Below, one piece after another: positions 46,116 through 55,711 of a stretch of 64,000 nt of DNA. The position numbers and the translations under genes are program-made. Position 1 is the stretch's first letter. Each line of letters opens with the position of its first letter. The notes beneath the pieces were generated by a model, which saw only the letters and a program-made list of their open reading frames with translations, was not told the DNA's origin and ran no database searches. Origin of the DNA: a virus; IMG/VR virus record IMGVR_UViG_3300050496_000069; one strand, written 5' to 3'.

Positions 46116-46633
46116 GCCACCCTCACCGACAGCTGCTCACCCGCCGCACCCATCTGCGCACCGCGGACCTTCTTGCCCGCCTGCAACGCTTCCTTGATGG
46201 CGGTCTTGTCCGGCGACGTAGAAACGCGCACGTAGGCCTTCGGTAACGCGGCCTCGTCAATGATCTCAACCGACGCTGCCTTCTTGCCGATGGAGATGGT
46301 CGCCTCAGCCAGCGGTACGCGCGGTACGCCGGCTGCTTTCAACAGCTTGAACATCAGACTGCGCATGGCTTCCTTGCGGCGATCGGCCCGCGACTTGCGT
46401 GCTTGTAGGTCGGAGATGCGGCCAGCCACGGCCTTGGCCAGGCTATCGGCATCGCGCTCGCCATTGACGAGGCGAGTCAGGACGGCGTGGAAGTTGGTCG
46501 CGCCTTCCAGCATGTCGGCGCGTAGCTCTTCGTCGGCCTCGAGCTCCGGATAAGCGGCCAGCATGTCGGCGAAGAGTGCTTCTAGGTTGGCGACGTCGGC
46601 GGCTAAGAAGTTGTCGTTAGCTGGTTTGGTCAT
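46112..46633 (-). CDS. Siphovirus Gp157-like protein
   Basis: VPLAEATISIGK..IIDEAALPKAY..PDKTAIKEALQAGKKVRGA. Confidence 0.85.
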   Translation of the reverse strand: MTKPANDNFLAADVANLEALFADMLAAYPELEADEELRADMLEGATNFHAVLTRLVNGERDADSLAKAVAGRISDLQARKSRADRRKEAMRSLMFKLLKAAGVPRVPLAEATISIGKKAASVEIIDEAALPKAYVRVSTSPDKTAIKEALQAGKKVRGAQMGAAGEQLSVRVA

Positions 46634-46830
46634 GCTGCGGCTCCGACTACGCGGTAGCGCGCAACATCGCGGTTATTCCTGCTGCTCCAACGAATCTCAT
46701 CGCTGTATTCTTCGTATTGCATGCCGTTTTTCAAAACGACCTCAAGCAGGACTTCATCATCGACTGGCTGGTTGCCGCCACTCCATTCGATCCATGCAGA
46801 ATCGTCCTGCGGCGATCTTCTCTCGCTCAT
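46630..46830 (-). CDS. Small phage protein
   Basis: WIEWSGGNQPV..VARYRVV; RBS GAGGAG. Confidence 0.6.
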   Translation of the reverse strand: MSERRSPQDDSAWIEWSGGNQPVDDEVLLEVVLKNGMQYEEYSDEIRWSSRNNRDVARYRVVGAAA

Positions 46831-46877
46831 TCTCATCTCCTCAATGTGGTGACGCCATTGGTGTGGCGTAGAGTATG

Positions 46878-46907
46878 AAGCTAAACCGTTTTTACAAATT
46901 TGTCAAG
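46878..46907 (-). promoter_or_regulatory. Repeated early promoter-operator, copy 2
   Basis: AAGCTAAACCGTTTTTACAAATTTGTCAAG, one mismatch to copy 1. Confidence 0.8.
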
Positions 46908-46969
46908 GTTTAAGGGTTCCTAAACTTCATGCCGGTATCTGTGCGGTCAACTAAACCGGAAACCAATTC

Positions 46970-47548
46970 ATGCTAGCAATTGTCTATCTGCTCGCGTTCG
47001 TAATTCTTGCAATATTGGTTGCAATTGCACTCCTATTCACGTTTAACTCGCCGAAATCGGGCACTGGAATATCGATTGCAAGGCCCCCAATTATCGAAAT
47101 GAAAGTGAGAGACTCGGCAATGGACCCCATTATCTTCCTCGGCGCGCTTAGCAGCATCATAACGATCGCCAGCGCGATCAGGGACAATGGCCGCCCTCTC
47201 CTGCCTCACGTGGTGAGGATTCGATACGATGAGAAGGCGGAAACACCCGGCACCATCGAGGCCAAGTTGAATGCAGACGACGAGGTGGTGGATAAGGCCA
47301 TCTCTACTGTGATCGCTATCTCTCATACAGATAGGCTTTTTCTGGACCGCATTCAGGCTAAATGCCTAAAAGCATTTAATGAAGCCATAGAAGACCACGC
47401 ATTGTCTGACGCTCGCGTCAGTCAAGCTTACGACCACGCTCGTGTTTGCGTCTGCAGCAACATTAAGACCGTGCAAAGGATGCATGGAGGCAGAGTCCCC
47501 GACGAGTTCCAAGAACTTTTCGAAAGGTACCGTTGCGACATGTTCTAA
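46970..47548 (+). CDS. Accessory protein with N-terminal TM
   Basis: 192 aa antisense insertion; start uncertain. Confidence 0.55.
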   Translation: MLAIVYLLAFVILAILVAIALLFTFNSPKSGTGISIARPPIIEMKVRDSAMDPIIFLGALSSIITIASAIRDNGRPLLPHVVRIRYDEKAETPGTIEAKLNADDEVVDKAISTVIAISHTDRLFLDRIQAKCLKAFNEAIEDHALSDARVSQAYDHARVCVCSNIKTVQRMHGGRVPDEFQELFERYRCDMF

Positions 47549-49303
47549 TCAGAACGGCACGTCATCGTCCATCAATACCCGCCAATCCTCTTCCTCTGGC
47601 ACGTTGTCATTCACCGGTGACACCCGATTGTCATTCGCAGCACCGACCGCATGGCCCACAACGTCCCAGTATTTCTGGCGCGGCTTAACCGTGATCTCGA
47701 CGGTGTCGGCCAACTCCGCCTGACGCTCGATCCATTCCAGCACAGACTTGGGAAACGGCATCTTGCCGCCATGCGCGCGCCAGTAGCGGTCGGCCTTGGA
47801 CTTCGGGAAGCCTTGGTGCTGAGGGCAGATCCACTCATTGATCGCGGTCATGCCGGACATGTAGCTGACCTTTACCGACGGCGGCTTATCGCCCTTCCCT
47901 TCGTGGTAGTAGAAACTGCGTGACGTCACTGTGCGAGGTTCTGGTTCTGCCGTCGACATGATCGGCGTGTCTGCTGCGGTCGCTGTGATCTTCGGGCTGT
48001 CATCGATGTCGAACTCATAGCCGCAGCAAGAGCACGTGCGCGCGGAGGCATGCACCTTTTCGCCACAGCCGAAGCGTCCATTCTTGTCCTCGACGTCGAA
48101 CGGGCACACCTTCACCGGCGCTTCGCCGTCGCCCTTGTTGGGCGTCTTTGGCTGCACCATGTCGACTGGTCCATGCTTGTCGACGAGACCGGCGAAATCC
48201 AGCACGAGGCACGAAGGTTTCGGACCAGCCTTGATCGCCGCTATGCGCTCTTCAGGCGTCTCAAGAGGCATGCCGGACGCGTATATGACGCGAGTGCCGC
48301 GGCCCATCATTTGCACATAGAGCGATACCGACAACGTCGGACGCAATGCCGCGATCAGGTCGACGCCCTTGTGATTGAAGCCGGTAGTGAGGACCGAGTT
48401 GTTGGTGAGCGCACGGATCTTGTAGGACTTGAAGTCCTCGATGATGCGCCGGCGCTCATCCTTCGGGGTTTCGCCGCTGATCATTTCGCATGATATGCCC
48501 CGCGATCGGATCTCATCACGCACGTGCTCGGCGTGCTCAACTCCCGAACAAAAGCAGAGCCACGACTTGCGGTCGGCGCCTTTCGCAACGATTTCATCAA
48601 CGGCGGAGCGCGTGACGTCCATCTTGTCCACGGCAGCCTGCAATGCTGACTGCTTGTAATCGCCTCCGTGCCTGCCGACGCCTTTCATGTCGAAGGTGGT
48701 TGCCGTTGCCTTGGACGAAAGTGGCGCGAGATAACCGTCGCTGACACCGTCGGCGATGCCGTAGGTGTAGACGATCTGGTCGAAGAGCCGATCGTCGCCT
48801 TCGTCCAGCCGACCTGTGTCCAGCCGGTAAGGCGTGGCGGTGAGCCCCAGGATCTTCATGTCTGGATTGATCGCGCGCAACGCCGCTATGAAGCGGCCGT
48901 ACATTGTGTTGCTGCTGGCGGGGATCAGATGGCACTCGTCCACCATCAGCACGTCGATATGCCCGATGAGCTCAGCTTTGCTGTGCACGGTCTGGATTCC
49001 CGCAAAGATGATCTGGCTACGCGCGTCACGGCGACCCAGGCCGGCGGAGAAAATGCCAGCGGGCGCAAACGGCCAAATGCCGAGCAACTCAAGATAATTC
49101 TGCTCGATCAGTTCGGCGACATGGGTAGCCACGAGGATCCGCATGTCCGGCCAGCCCTCGACCAGCCTCTTGATGAGGGAAGCCATCAGAAGGGACTTGC
49201 CGCATCCTGTTGCGAGATCGACAAGAGGATTGCCAGCCGTCGTTGACCAATAATCGAAAACGGCGTTTTCTGCCTCTTCCTGGTAGTGGCGAAGTTGGAG
49301 CAT
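47549..49303 (-). CDS. Superfamily II (DEAD/DEAH-type) helicase with zinc ribbon
   Basis: ATGCGKS, DECH, GLTATP, TTGFN and QMMGRGTR motifs; C-terminal CP..C..CSCC. Confidence 0.92.
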   Translation of the reverse strand: MLQLRHYQEEAENAVFDYWSTTAGNPLVDLATGCGKSLLMASLIKRLVEGWPDMRILVATHVAELIEQNYLELLGIWPFAPAGIFSAGLGRRDARSQIIFAGIQTVHSKAELIGHIDVLMVDECHLIPASSNTMYGRFIAALRAINPDMKILGLTATPYRLDTGRLDEGDDRLFDQIVYTYGIADGVSDGYLAPLSSKATATTFDMKGVGRHGGDYKQSALQAAVDKMDVTRSAVDEIVAKGADRKSWLCFCSGVEHAEHVRDEIRSRGISCEMISGETPKDERRRIIEDFKSYKIRALTNNSVLTTGFNHKGVDLIAALRPTLSVSLYVQMMGRGTRVIYASGMPLETPEERIAAIKAGPKPSCLVLDFAGLVDKHGPVDMVQPKTPNKGDGEAPVKVCPFDVEDKNGRFGCGEKVHASARTCSCCGYEFDIDDSPKITATAADTPIMSTAEPEPRTVTSRSFYYHEGKGDKPPSVKVSYMSGMTAINEWICPQHQGFPKSKADRYWRAHGGKMPFPKSVLEWIERQAELADTVEITVKPRQKYWDVVGHAVGAANDNRVSPVNDNVPEEEDWRVLMDDDVPF

Positions 49304-49854
49304 ACGAAATTCCAGACCTTGAGATAAACGATTGGATTGCAGGGTTATCTGCGCTCGCCGCTATTCTCGCGGCTGCTTTTGCTTTTTCGTCGGCCCGCCA
49401 AGCCAAAAGACAAGCGGACGCGGTTCTCGGAGACGTAGAGCCTGTATTCAGCGCGTATCAGATGCCAGACGACGGAGTGAATTACCGCCACAGGGCTGCA
49501 ATTGAGATAGTCAATCACAACAGGCTTCCTCTCTATGTGCTGAGTATTAGCCTCGAATTCCCTGACTGGGTGGTCGTCCACCGCGGCGCTGAGGAGGTTC
49601 GCGGTCTCGTTGCCGCGCTATACGGCGACATTATCGAAAAAAGGCGGGAGCACGTTTTTGATGTTCCCTTTCGACTTGCGGGGCGCTTTTCCAGTGATAT
49701 GCCAGCCGTTTCCACAAGCATTTTCAACGTGAACTTCATCGACCAAGATAAGCAAGGCGGATTCCATCTCGGATTTAGGATAAGTTACCGGATGCACGGA
49801 TCGAAGGATGTTCGCATTGCTTTCGCCTCGACCGGCTTCGACGTCTTGGACTAA
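49210..49854 (+). CDS. Accessory single-TM protein; start codon unclear, 5' end overlaps the helicase start
   Basis: WIAGLSALAAILAAAFAFSSARQAKRQ TM/coiled-coil; no clear ATG with RBS. Confidence 0.5.
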   Translation: MRDRQEDCQPSLTNNRKRRFLPLPGSGEVGAYEIPDLEINDWIAGLSALAAILAAAFAFSSARQAKRQADAVLGDVEPVFSAYQMPDDGVNYRHRAAIEIVNHNRLPLYVLSISLEFPDWVVVHRGAEEVRGLVAALYGDIIEKRREHVFDVPFRLAGRFSSDMPAVSTSIFNVNFIDQDKQGGFHLGFRISYRMHGSKDVRIAFASTGFDVLD

Positions 49855-50369
49855 CCCGCCTCCCGCAGCAGCCCAAGCACCCTCGCCCGCTGCTTGATGA
49901 CGATTTGGCGCACGCGCTCTTTGGTAAGGCCATGGTCATTCCCAATGGCCTCCAGCGTCTCACCCATTGCCCTACGCATCAGCATCGTGCCATTGCGGCC
50001 TTCCAGAAGAGAGACTACGCGCGACAAGTCGGTGCCCTCCTCCTGATGCGGATCGGTTGAGCCCGGCAGTTCTTCAAAGGCCGAGAGACTGCAGACTTCG
50101 GCAGAGCGCGACTTGGTGGAGTTGGTGCGAACGAACTCCTGCGCTGTCCCCCGAACGCAGAGGACGGCCCACGTCCAGAAGGTCTCAAGGCGGCATTCGC
50201 GATGCCGGCGCAACATGACGACCATCGCCGACTGAAACAGTTCATCGGCGGCGTCTTCGTTCTTCGTGATCTTTCGCGCCAGTCTCCGCAAGGCCGGCTC
50301 GTAAGCCAACAGCTTGCGGTCGAACTCGGGACTGCGCGGGTTGTTATCATTCGCCGCAATAGGTGGCAT
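49851..50369 (-). CDS. Sigma70-family (ECF-like) sigma factor
   Basis: Region 2 LRRLARKIT..ADELFQ..TFWTW; region 4 LEAIGNDHGLTKERVRQI. Confidence 0.7.
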   Translation of the reverse strand: MPPIAANDNNPRSPEFDRKLLAYEPALRRLARKITKNEDAADELFQSAMVVMLRRHRECRLETFWTWAVLCVRGTAQEFVRTNSTKSRSAEVCSLSAFEELPGSTDPHQEEGTDLSRVVSLLEGRNGTMLMRRAMGETLEAIGNDHGLTKERVRQIVIKQRARVLGLLREAG

Positions 50370-50491
50370 CGTGGTCTCCTCATGTGGTGGTTCAGGCGTT
50401 GGTGGCACCAGATTTCTCTTTGTGGATATTGATCCGTTGAGCGTTTAAACGCCCTTGGGTTGTGCTAGCGTCCCAGCAAAGTGAGGGACCC

Positions 50492-51085
50492 ATGAAAGAA
50501 GAAGAGAGCTTTTCGAACGCACTGCTGATAGCGACATCGGCGATTTACATTGCAGTCGTCGCCGCGACATTTGCGGGGTTGATGGTCACCAAAGCTACAG
50601 CTGGCCTAGCTATTTACGCATGGGCGAAAGACTTCGGATCCATTATTGCGGGTCTTCCAGTTATCATTGCGGTGGTGGTAGCAAAGCAGCAGCTAGATGC
50701 CAGCAGAGTTCAGCACGAGGCCGCGATAAAACTGCAATTCAAAGACGAATTAGAGGGTCTTCAAACAGCGGCGGAGGTTGCGTCGTCATTTAGAACTCCT
50801 AAGGTTTTTCGATCATTCCTTTTCTCATCCAGAAAAAAAATTACGGACAGTGAGGTCGAGTCTGTGTCCAAATCAGGTAGTCCTGAGGTGGTCAAGGCAT
50901 TTGCAGATCTAAAAGCAGTTGTTAATGATGGGGCAAAGTTAGCTAGACCAAAGAATCTTGCGACTTTCATATCGGGCGTCTCACAGCCCTTCGACGATGA
51001 TGAAACGGTGGCCGCCAAAGCAGTGCTTAGCGCTGTAGACAATAGAAAGAAATTCCTTCGTCAATTCCTGCCGAACCTAGTTTGA
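50492..51085 (+). CDS. Accessory membrane protein
   Basis: Two N-terminal TM segments then AKQQL coiled coil; antisense insertion. Confidence 0.65.
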   Translation: MKEEESFSNALLIATSAIYIAVVAATFAGLMVTKATAGLAIYAWAKDFGSIIAGLPVIIAVVVAKQQLDASRVQHEAAIKLQFKDELEGLQTAAEVASSFRTPKVFRSFLFSSRKKITDSEVESVSKSGSPEVVKAFADLKAVVNDGAKLARPKNLATFISGVSQPFDDDETVAAKAVLSAVDNRKKFLRQFLPNLV

Positions 51086-52003
51086 CGCACCATCAATCCA
51101 TGTCGTGCCGTCTCGCAGCACATATGTGATCGTCTCGGCTTCCTCGTCGCAATCTGTTTGCTCCCCAGGGACTAAAGCCGGGATCGTCAGATGCGTAGGG
51201 CAGCCTTCCTTTTGCTCGTCGAACGAGATCGGCTTTGCCCAACGCGCGCAGGACCAATGACCGTCACCGCCCATCTCCGGAGATGAGTGGATACAGGAGC
51301 GGCACGTGACGCGGGGCCATGCGCCCTCCTTGCAGGCAGGCTTGTGCTTGCAGAAGGTGCATTCGAACCAGTCTGGGGCTTCGTTGATACGTGACGGCGG
51401 CTCCGGCGAGTTGATGATGCGTTCTAACCGCGCCAGCAGGCGCAGGCAGAACTCAGGATCGTATTCGATGCGTTCAGCGTAGAGCGTGTCGTCATCCTTG
51501 CAACTGACGAGGTAGAGGCATCGTGACAGGCCGAAGGCGTGCATTCCCAGCTGGCACTGGCCGTAGTGGAGCGGCTTGGCTTCCTTGCAGCCCTTCTTGA
51601 CGATCTCCTTCATGCCCTTGGCGTTGCTCGACTTGAATTCGAGCAGATGCTCAGTCTTTGGCGCCTCAACGACGCCCATCGCCTTGCCGTCGCACTTACC
51701 GCGGACGTGGCCCTGCACCAGCCTGATCTTGTCTTGCTGGCCGTAGACATCGACGCCGATACGTTCGAGGTCGGCAACGAGCCTGTCTTCTTCGATGTTG
51801 CCGGTTTCGAAAAGTCGCAGCTGGCGGCCATGGTGCTTTTCGAGTGGCGATGCCCAACGGAAGGCGTACCAGAGAGCGCGATCGCATGGATTGTTCGCCT
51901 CGCCGACGGATATGCCGAGGCTATCCCATGACGAGGCCGCAGCTTCGTAGGCGGCGTAGATCGCTCTGACAGTGCTGGATTCTGCGCGGGGTAATGGGGC
52001 CAA
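51077..52003 (-). CDS. Cas4-like PD-(D/E)XK exonuclease
   Basis: CDRALWY, GKCDG, LEFKS, YGQCQLGM and C-terminal CTFC..C Fe-S-type cysteines. Confidence 0.8.
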   Translation of the reverse strand: MAPLPRAESSTVRAIYAAYEAAASSWDSLGISVGEANNPCDRALWYAFRWASPLEKHHGRQLRLFETGNIEEDRLVADLERIGVDVYGQQDKIRLVQGHVRGKCDGKAMGVVEAPKTEHLLEFKSSNAKGMKEIVKKGCKEAKPLHYGQCQLGMHAFGLSRCLYLVSCKDDDTLYAERIEYDPEFCLRLLARLERIINSPEPPSRINEAPDWFECTFCKHKPACKEGAWPRVTCRSCIHSSPEMGGDGHWSCARWAKPISFDEQKEGCPTHLTIPALVPGEQTDCDEEAETITYVLRDGTTWIDGASN

Positions 52004-52181
52004 GGTTAGAAGACCTCTTTGTTGATGATGTCTTCGGCCTTGGCATCACGCCAATGTGTCGTTTCGCCTTCGTCGTAATATCCGCTGCCATTCAAGTCGT
52101 GGCAGTAGTATCGAATGAATTCCACTTGCAGGATCAGCTTGCCACGCCAGTTTGTTCGGTAACGCGTGCGTCCGGTGAGCT

Positions 52182-52469
52182 TCATAAATCCATCTCCTTC
52201 GTAAACAGGCAGCGGGCTGGCTTGTCAGGATCCTGCGTGAAAGCCAGACACCAAGGCATGCCACCGCGGCGCACCCAGTCGTCAGGCTGGCCGCCCCATA
52301 AGGCTTGCGACCGGATGACACAGACGCCGGGAACGTTGCTGCCAAACTCGTCTTCCCAGTTCTCGCCTTCATCGCTGCGACAGTGGCGGCACCAGTTGCG
52401 CTCGAAATCCTCGCCTTCGGTGGAGTTGGCGGGCCTCCAAAGCCCGCCGTTCTGGTTCTCGGCGCCCAT
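52182..52469 (-). CDS. Small Cys-rich phage protein
   Basis: PANSTEG..WCRHC..C..WCLAF. Confidence 0.6.
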   Translation of the reverse strand: MGAENQNGGLWRPANSTEGEDFERNWCRHCRSDEGENWEDEFGSNVPGVCVIRSQALWGGQPDDWVRRGGMPWCLAFTQDPDKPARCLFTKEMDL

Positions 52470-53521
52470 CAGACCCTCATAGGCATGCAAACGAGCGTAA
52501 GCCCCTCAAAGCCATCCGACGTGATCAGCCCCGGCGTGCCGCCATCCTGCAAGGCCAGCTTGACCGGCCCAGACGGCAACACGTTCAGCACGTCGCGGAC
52601 ATAGGCGGCGTTGAAACCGATATCCATTGGCTCGCCGCTATATTCCGCCTCGACTTCGTCATTCGCCGACGCCTCGCCTGCGGCCACAGCAAGTGCGATA
52701 CTGCCAGGTGCGATGCTGAACTTCACGGCGCGCCCACGTTCAGACGAAACCGTCGACACGCGGTCGGATGCCTTCATCAGCGCATCGCGATCGACCGTAA
52801 CGACACGCTCGTTGTTCTTGGGGATAACGCGCTCGTAGTCAGGGAACGTGCCGTCGATCAGCTTCGACGTAATGCGCACGTCATCCGACACGATGCGTAT
52901 TTTCTGTTGGCTTACCGCAACCTGCACCTTGCCCTTTGGAAGCAGGCTGACGGTCTTGCGCGGCACAATAATGCCCTCGAAGGCAGGCAGATCAGGGCCG
53001 TAGTGACGGCCCAGACGATGGCCATCGGTGGCTACGGCTTCCGACTTGCCACCGCCCTTGAAGAACACGCCGTTCAGATAATAGCGGGTTTCCTCGGTCG
53101 AAATGGCGAACGACACTGGCGCGAACAATCCTGCCAGATCGATCTCGAATTCAGCGTCGAACTTGTCGTCGCCGAGCGTTGGGAAGTCACCTGCTGACAG
53201 CGTGGCAAGAGAAAAGCGCGACCGTCCGGACTTCACCAGAAGCTTGTCACCATCCAGTGTCATGGTGATGTCGCCGGTTGCCTTGCGTGCGATGTCGTTG
53301 AGCAGCTTCGCGCTGACGCAGATGTTGCCTGGCTTGCCGACCTCAGCAGGCACGCCTGCGGTGGCGATAATGTCGAGGTCAGTTGCGGTGATCGCAAGGC
53401 CCTCACCTGCGGCCGCAACTTGCACGCTCGACAGGATGGGAATGGTGGATCTTGCCTCGACGACCTTCGTTGTGGCCGCAAGCGCACGCGTCAGGTCTTC
53501 CTTGTGGATGACAAGGTGCAT
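52469..53521 (-). CDS. dnaN: DNA polymerase III beta sliding clamp (phage copy)
   Basis: ATDLD, STEETRYYLNGV, ATDGHRL, SKLIDGTFPDYERVIP and LVCMPMRV motifs. Confidence 0.95.
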   Translation of the reverse strand: MHLVIHKEDLTRALAATTKVVEARSTIPILSSVQVAAAGEGLAITATDLDIIATAGVPAEVGKPGNICVSAKLLNDIARKATGDITMTLDGDKLLVKSGRSRFSLATLSAGDFPTLGDDKFDAEFEIDLAGLFAPVSFAISTEETRYYLNGVFFKGGGKSEAVATDGHRLGRHYGPDLPAFEGIIVPRKTVSLLPKGKVQVAVSQQKIRIVSDDVRITSKLIDGTFPDYERVIPKNNERVVTVDRDALMKASDRVSTVSSERGRAVKFSIAPGSIALAVAAGEASANDEVEAEYSGEPMDIGFNAAYVRDVLNVLPSGPVKLALQDGGTPGLITSDGFEGLTLVCMPMRV

Positions 53522-53586
53522 GGATGTCTCCTCGGTGATTTGTGGTGGTGCCTGCCGTGGTGAGCGGCAGGCGTGGTCTGTGGTGG

Positions 53587-54423
53587 TTAGGCTGCGAAAG
53601 AAAACGGCGACCGCTTCTTGGGCGGCTCGTAGCCAATCGGATATCCGCAGCCATCCTCACCTTCATCGTACCGGTTCTCGTCGAACTGCTCGCCCTTCAG
53701 CTCAGCGATTTTCTTGAACAGACCAATCGCACTGCCCGGCTGCTCTTCGTTGTCGTTTGCGACCCACGCATCCTTGCCTTCTTCATCAACGGTCAACGCC
53801 GAGATTGCGGCATCGATCGAGTAAGGAGTGCCTTCCGTGCCGAGAACGACCTTCTCGCCATAAGCGCCGCCGATCTGATCTTTGAGTTCCTCCCAGGTGT
53901 CGATCTTCACCTTACGGCCAGCCAGCGCGATCTTGAGGATATCCCCCTTGCCGATCGTGTAACCGCGATCCTGATACTTGAGGACGCGTGTCGCTGACGC
54001 CAGTGGATAGCGAGTGCCAGGATGGAATCGCAGAAAGCGTTGAGAGTTGTGTTTCAGGAAGTCGTCGTGGAACGAGAATTCGTCAGTGTCGAAATCCAGT
54101 GCGCCCATCACGACGGTGAAGTCGAAAGCGTCAAAGATGTCCTGCGCTGTCGGGAAGAAATCGAAGTGCATGAACTGGATGGGAGTGCCGCCATTGTCTG
54201 TAAATGTCACGGCGCGCTTTGTCGTGGATACGCACCAGAAGCCATTCTCGTATGCGTCCGCGACAGCATATTCGAAGGCCTCACGGCTCTTGAAGTAGAC
54301 GTCGACGTCGTTGATGTCTCGATTGGTGAATACGCTCGTCACCGCTCCGCCGGCAGCGAATGCCCCGGGGATCGGGTAGCATTTCTCCGTGATCTTTCTG
54401 GCTTCCGCCTTATAGTTCGTCAT
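53587..54423 (-). CDS. Nucleotidyltransferase related to the CCA-adding/poly(A) polymerase head domain
   Basis: AGGAVTSVF..NDVDVYF (GG..DxD) and FDFTVVMGA (compare DFTINAMA). Confidence 0.6.
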   Translation of the reverse strand: MTNYKAEARKITEKCYPIPGAFAAGGAVTSVFTNRDINDVDVYFKSREAFEYAVADAYENGFWCVSTTKRAVTFTDNGGTPIQFMHFDFFPTAQDIFDAFDFTVVMGALDFDTDEFSFHDDFLKHNSQRFLRFHPGTRYPLASATRVLKYQDRGYTIGKGDILKIALAGRKVKIDTWEELKDQIGGAYGEKVVLGTEGTPYSIDAAISALTVDEEGKDAWVANDNEEQPGSAIGLFKKIAELKGEQFDENRYDEGEDGCGYPIGYEPPKKRSPFSFAA

Positions 54424-54481
54424 GAAAATCTCCTCTTATGGTGAAGTAGCGGGCCGCTGGTGAGGCAGCCCGCGTCGATGG

Positions 54482-55039
54482 TTACTTGCTGCCCCAGGGC
54501 CGGCGCGTCGTGCCTGAGGCCGCAGCGGCAGGCTTGTTGTCATTGCTGGCGGCAGTGCGGCGGTTGTCGTTGGCTGCGACTGGCTGTGGTGCGGGCTGGT
54601 TGACGTCGACAGCCGGGGCTGGGACGTTTCCTTCATCTTCGAAGAAGTAGCGCTTAATCTCGGCGCGCGCTGGGTAGCCGTTCTGCGCCTTGCCAAGGCC
54701 GATCTTGGCAGTGAACGCCAGGAAGTGGAGCTCTTCACTGTCCTCGACCGCAGAAACACCAACGGCGCGGCAAAGGCTGGCGAACTGCTTCTGCCCGATC
54801 TCCTGGGCTTGCGGGTTGGAGTTTTCGAGATTGTAGGTCGTGAAGAGCTTGCGGCCCTTCAGGCTTTCAGGCTCGATAACAACCATAGTCGTCTTGAGGA
54901 TGGTGCCGTTGCCCGCCTTCGTCGGGCCGACGTCACTCGCCTCGATCTCGAGCTTGTAAATGCCGTTTGGAAGTTCGGCATAGTCGTTCTGCTGTGTGTC
55001 ATGTGCGGTCGCATCAAATCTTTGACCAAGTCCTGCCAT
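54482..55039 (-). CDS. DUF669-like ssDNA-binding/recombination protein
   Basis: YAELPNGIY..GRKLFTTYNL..IGQKQFASLCRAVG; follows the AAA gene. Confidence 0.75.
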   Translation of the reverse strand: MAGLGQRFDATAHDTQQNDYAELPNGIYKLEIEASDVGPTKAGNGTILKTTMVVIEPESLKGRKLFTTYNLENSNPQAQEIGQKQFASLCRAVGVSAVEDSEELHFLAFTAKIGLGKAQNGYPARAEIKRYFFEDEGNVPAPAVDVNQPAPQPVAANDNRRTAASNDNKPAAAASGTTRRPWGSK

Positions 55040-55072
55040 GCGTAGTCTCCTTCAGTGGTGGTGTGGTGGTGG

Positions 55073-55711
55073 TTAGAGAAGTCGCCCTTGCTCGCGAGCG
55101 AAGTCTAATGGGTGCTTTGCTGCCTTCCTAAGATTGCAGCGAGGGCAAAGTATCTGGAGGTTCTCTTTGCCGTTTGATCCTCCACGCGAGAGCGGCATTA
55201 TGTGGTCAACATGCCGCTCTGTGGTTTTGCGAACCGACGCGCCACATTCTGCGCATCGGTATTTCTGTCGTCGCAGTATTTCCGCTACGTCTTCTTTCGT
55301 ATGTTGCCCGGAACTCCCTCGACGCAGAGCTCTACGATTTCGGTCTGAAACAAGCCTGATCTCCTGCGCGCGTTCAGGGTTAGCCTCTACCCACCTCCTG
55401 GCTCGTCGAACGTTGTTCGCTGAGACTTCCGGCTTGGCGTTGGACCTTCTTGCATACTCACGTTTTAGGTCAGGATTGTTCTGCGCCCACTTCCTCAAGC
55501 TGGTGATCCTGCTTTCGCGCTCCTTTTCAGGATTTGATGCAGCCCACTTCCTTCGATGTTCTCGCTGGCAATCAGCGCATTGACCGGTGCTGGCGTAACG
55601 GCGAGCTACATGGCCTTTCTTACAAGGGAGGCCCGTGAAGAAATGCCTTGCACCTATCTCCCTCGCCTTCTCCTTTGAAGCAGGAAGATTGTCGTTGGCC
55701 ACATCGAGCAT
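55073..55711 (-). CDS. Free-standing HNH endonuclease
   Basis: FFTGLPCKKGH..CADC; QKYRCAEC..HVDHIMPLSRGGSN..LCPRCNLRK. Confidence 0.85.
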   Translation of the reverse strand: MLDVANDNLPASKEKAREIGARHFFTGLPCKKGHVARRYASTGQCADCQREHRRKWAASNPEKERESRITSLRKWAQNNPDLKREYARRSNAKPEVSANNVRRARRWVEANPERAQEIRLVSDRNRRALRRGSSGQHTKEDVAEILRRQKYRCAECGASVRKTTERHVDHIMPLSRGGSNGKENLQILCPRCNLRKAAKHPLDFAREQGRLL

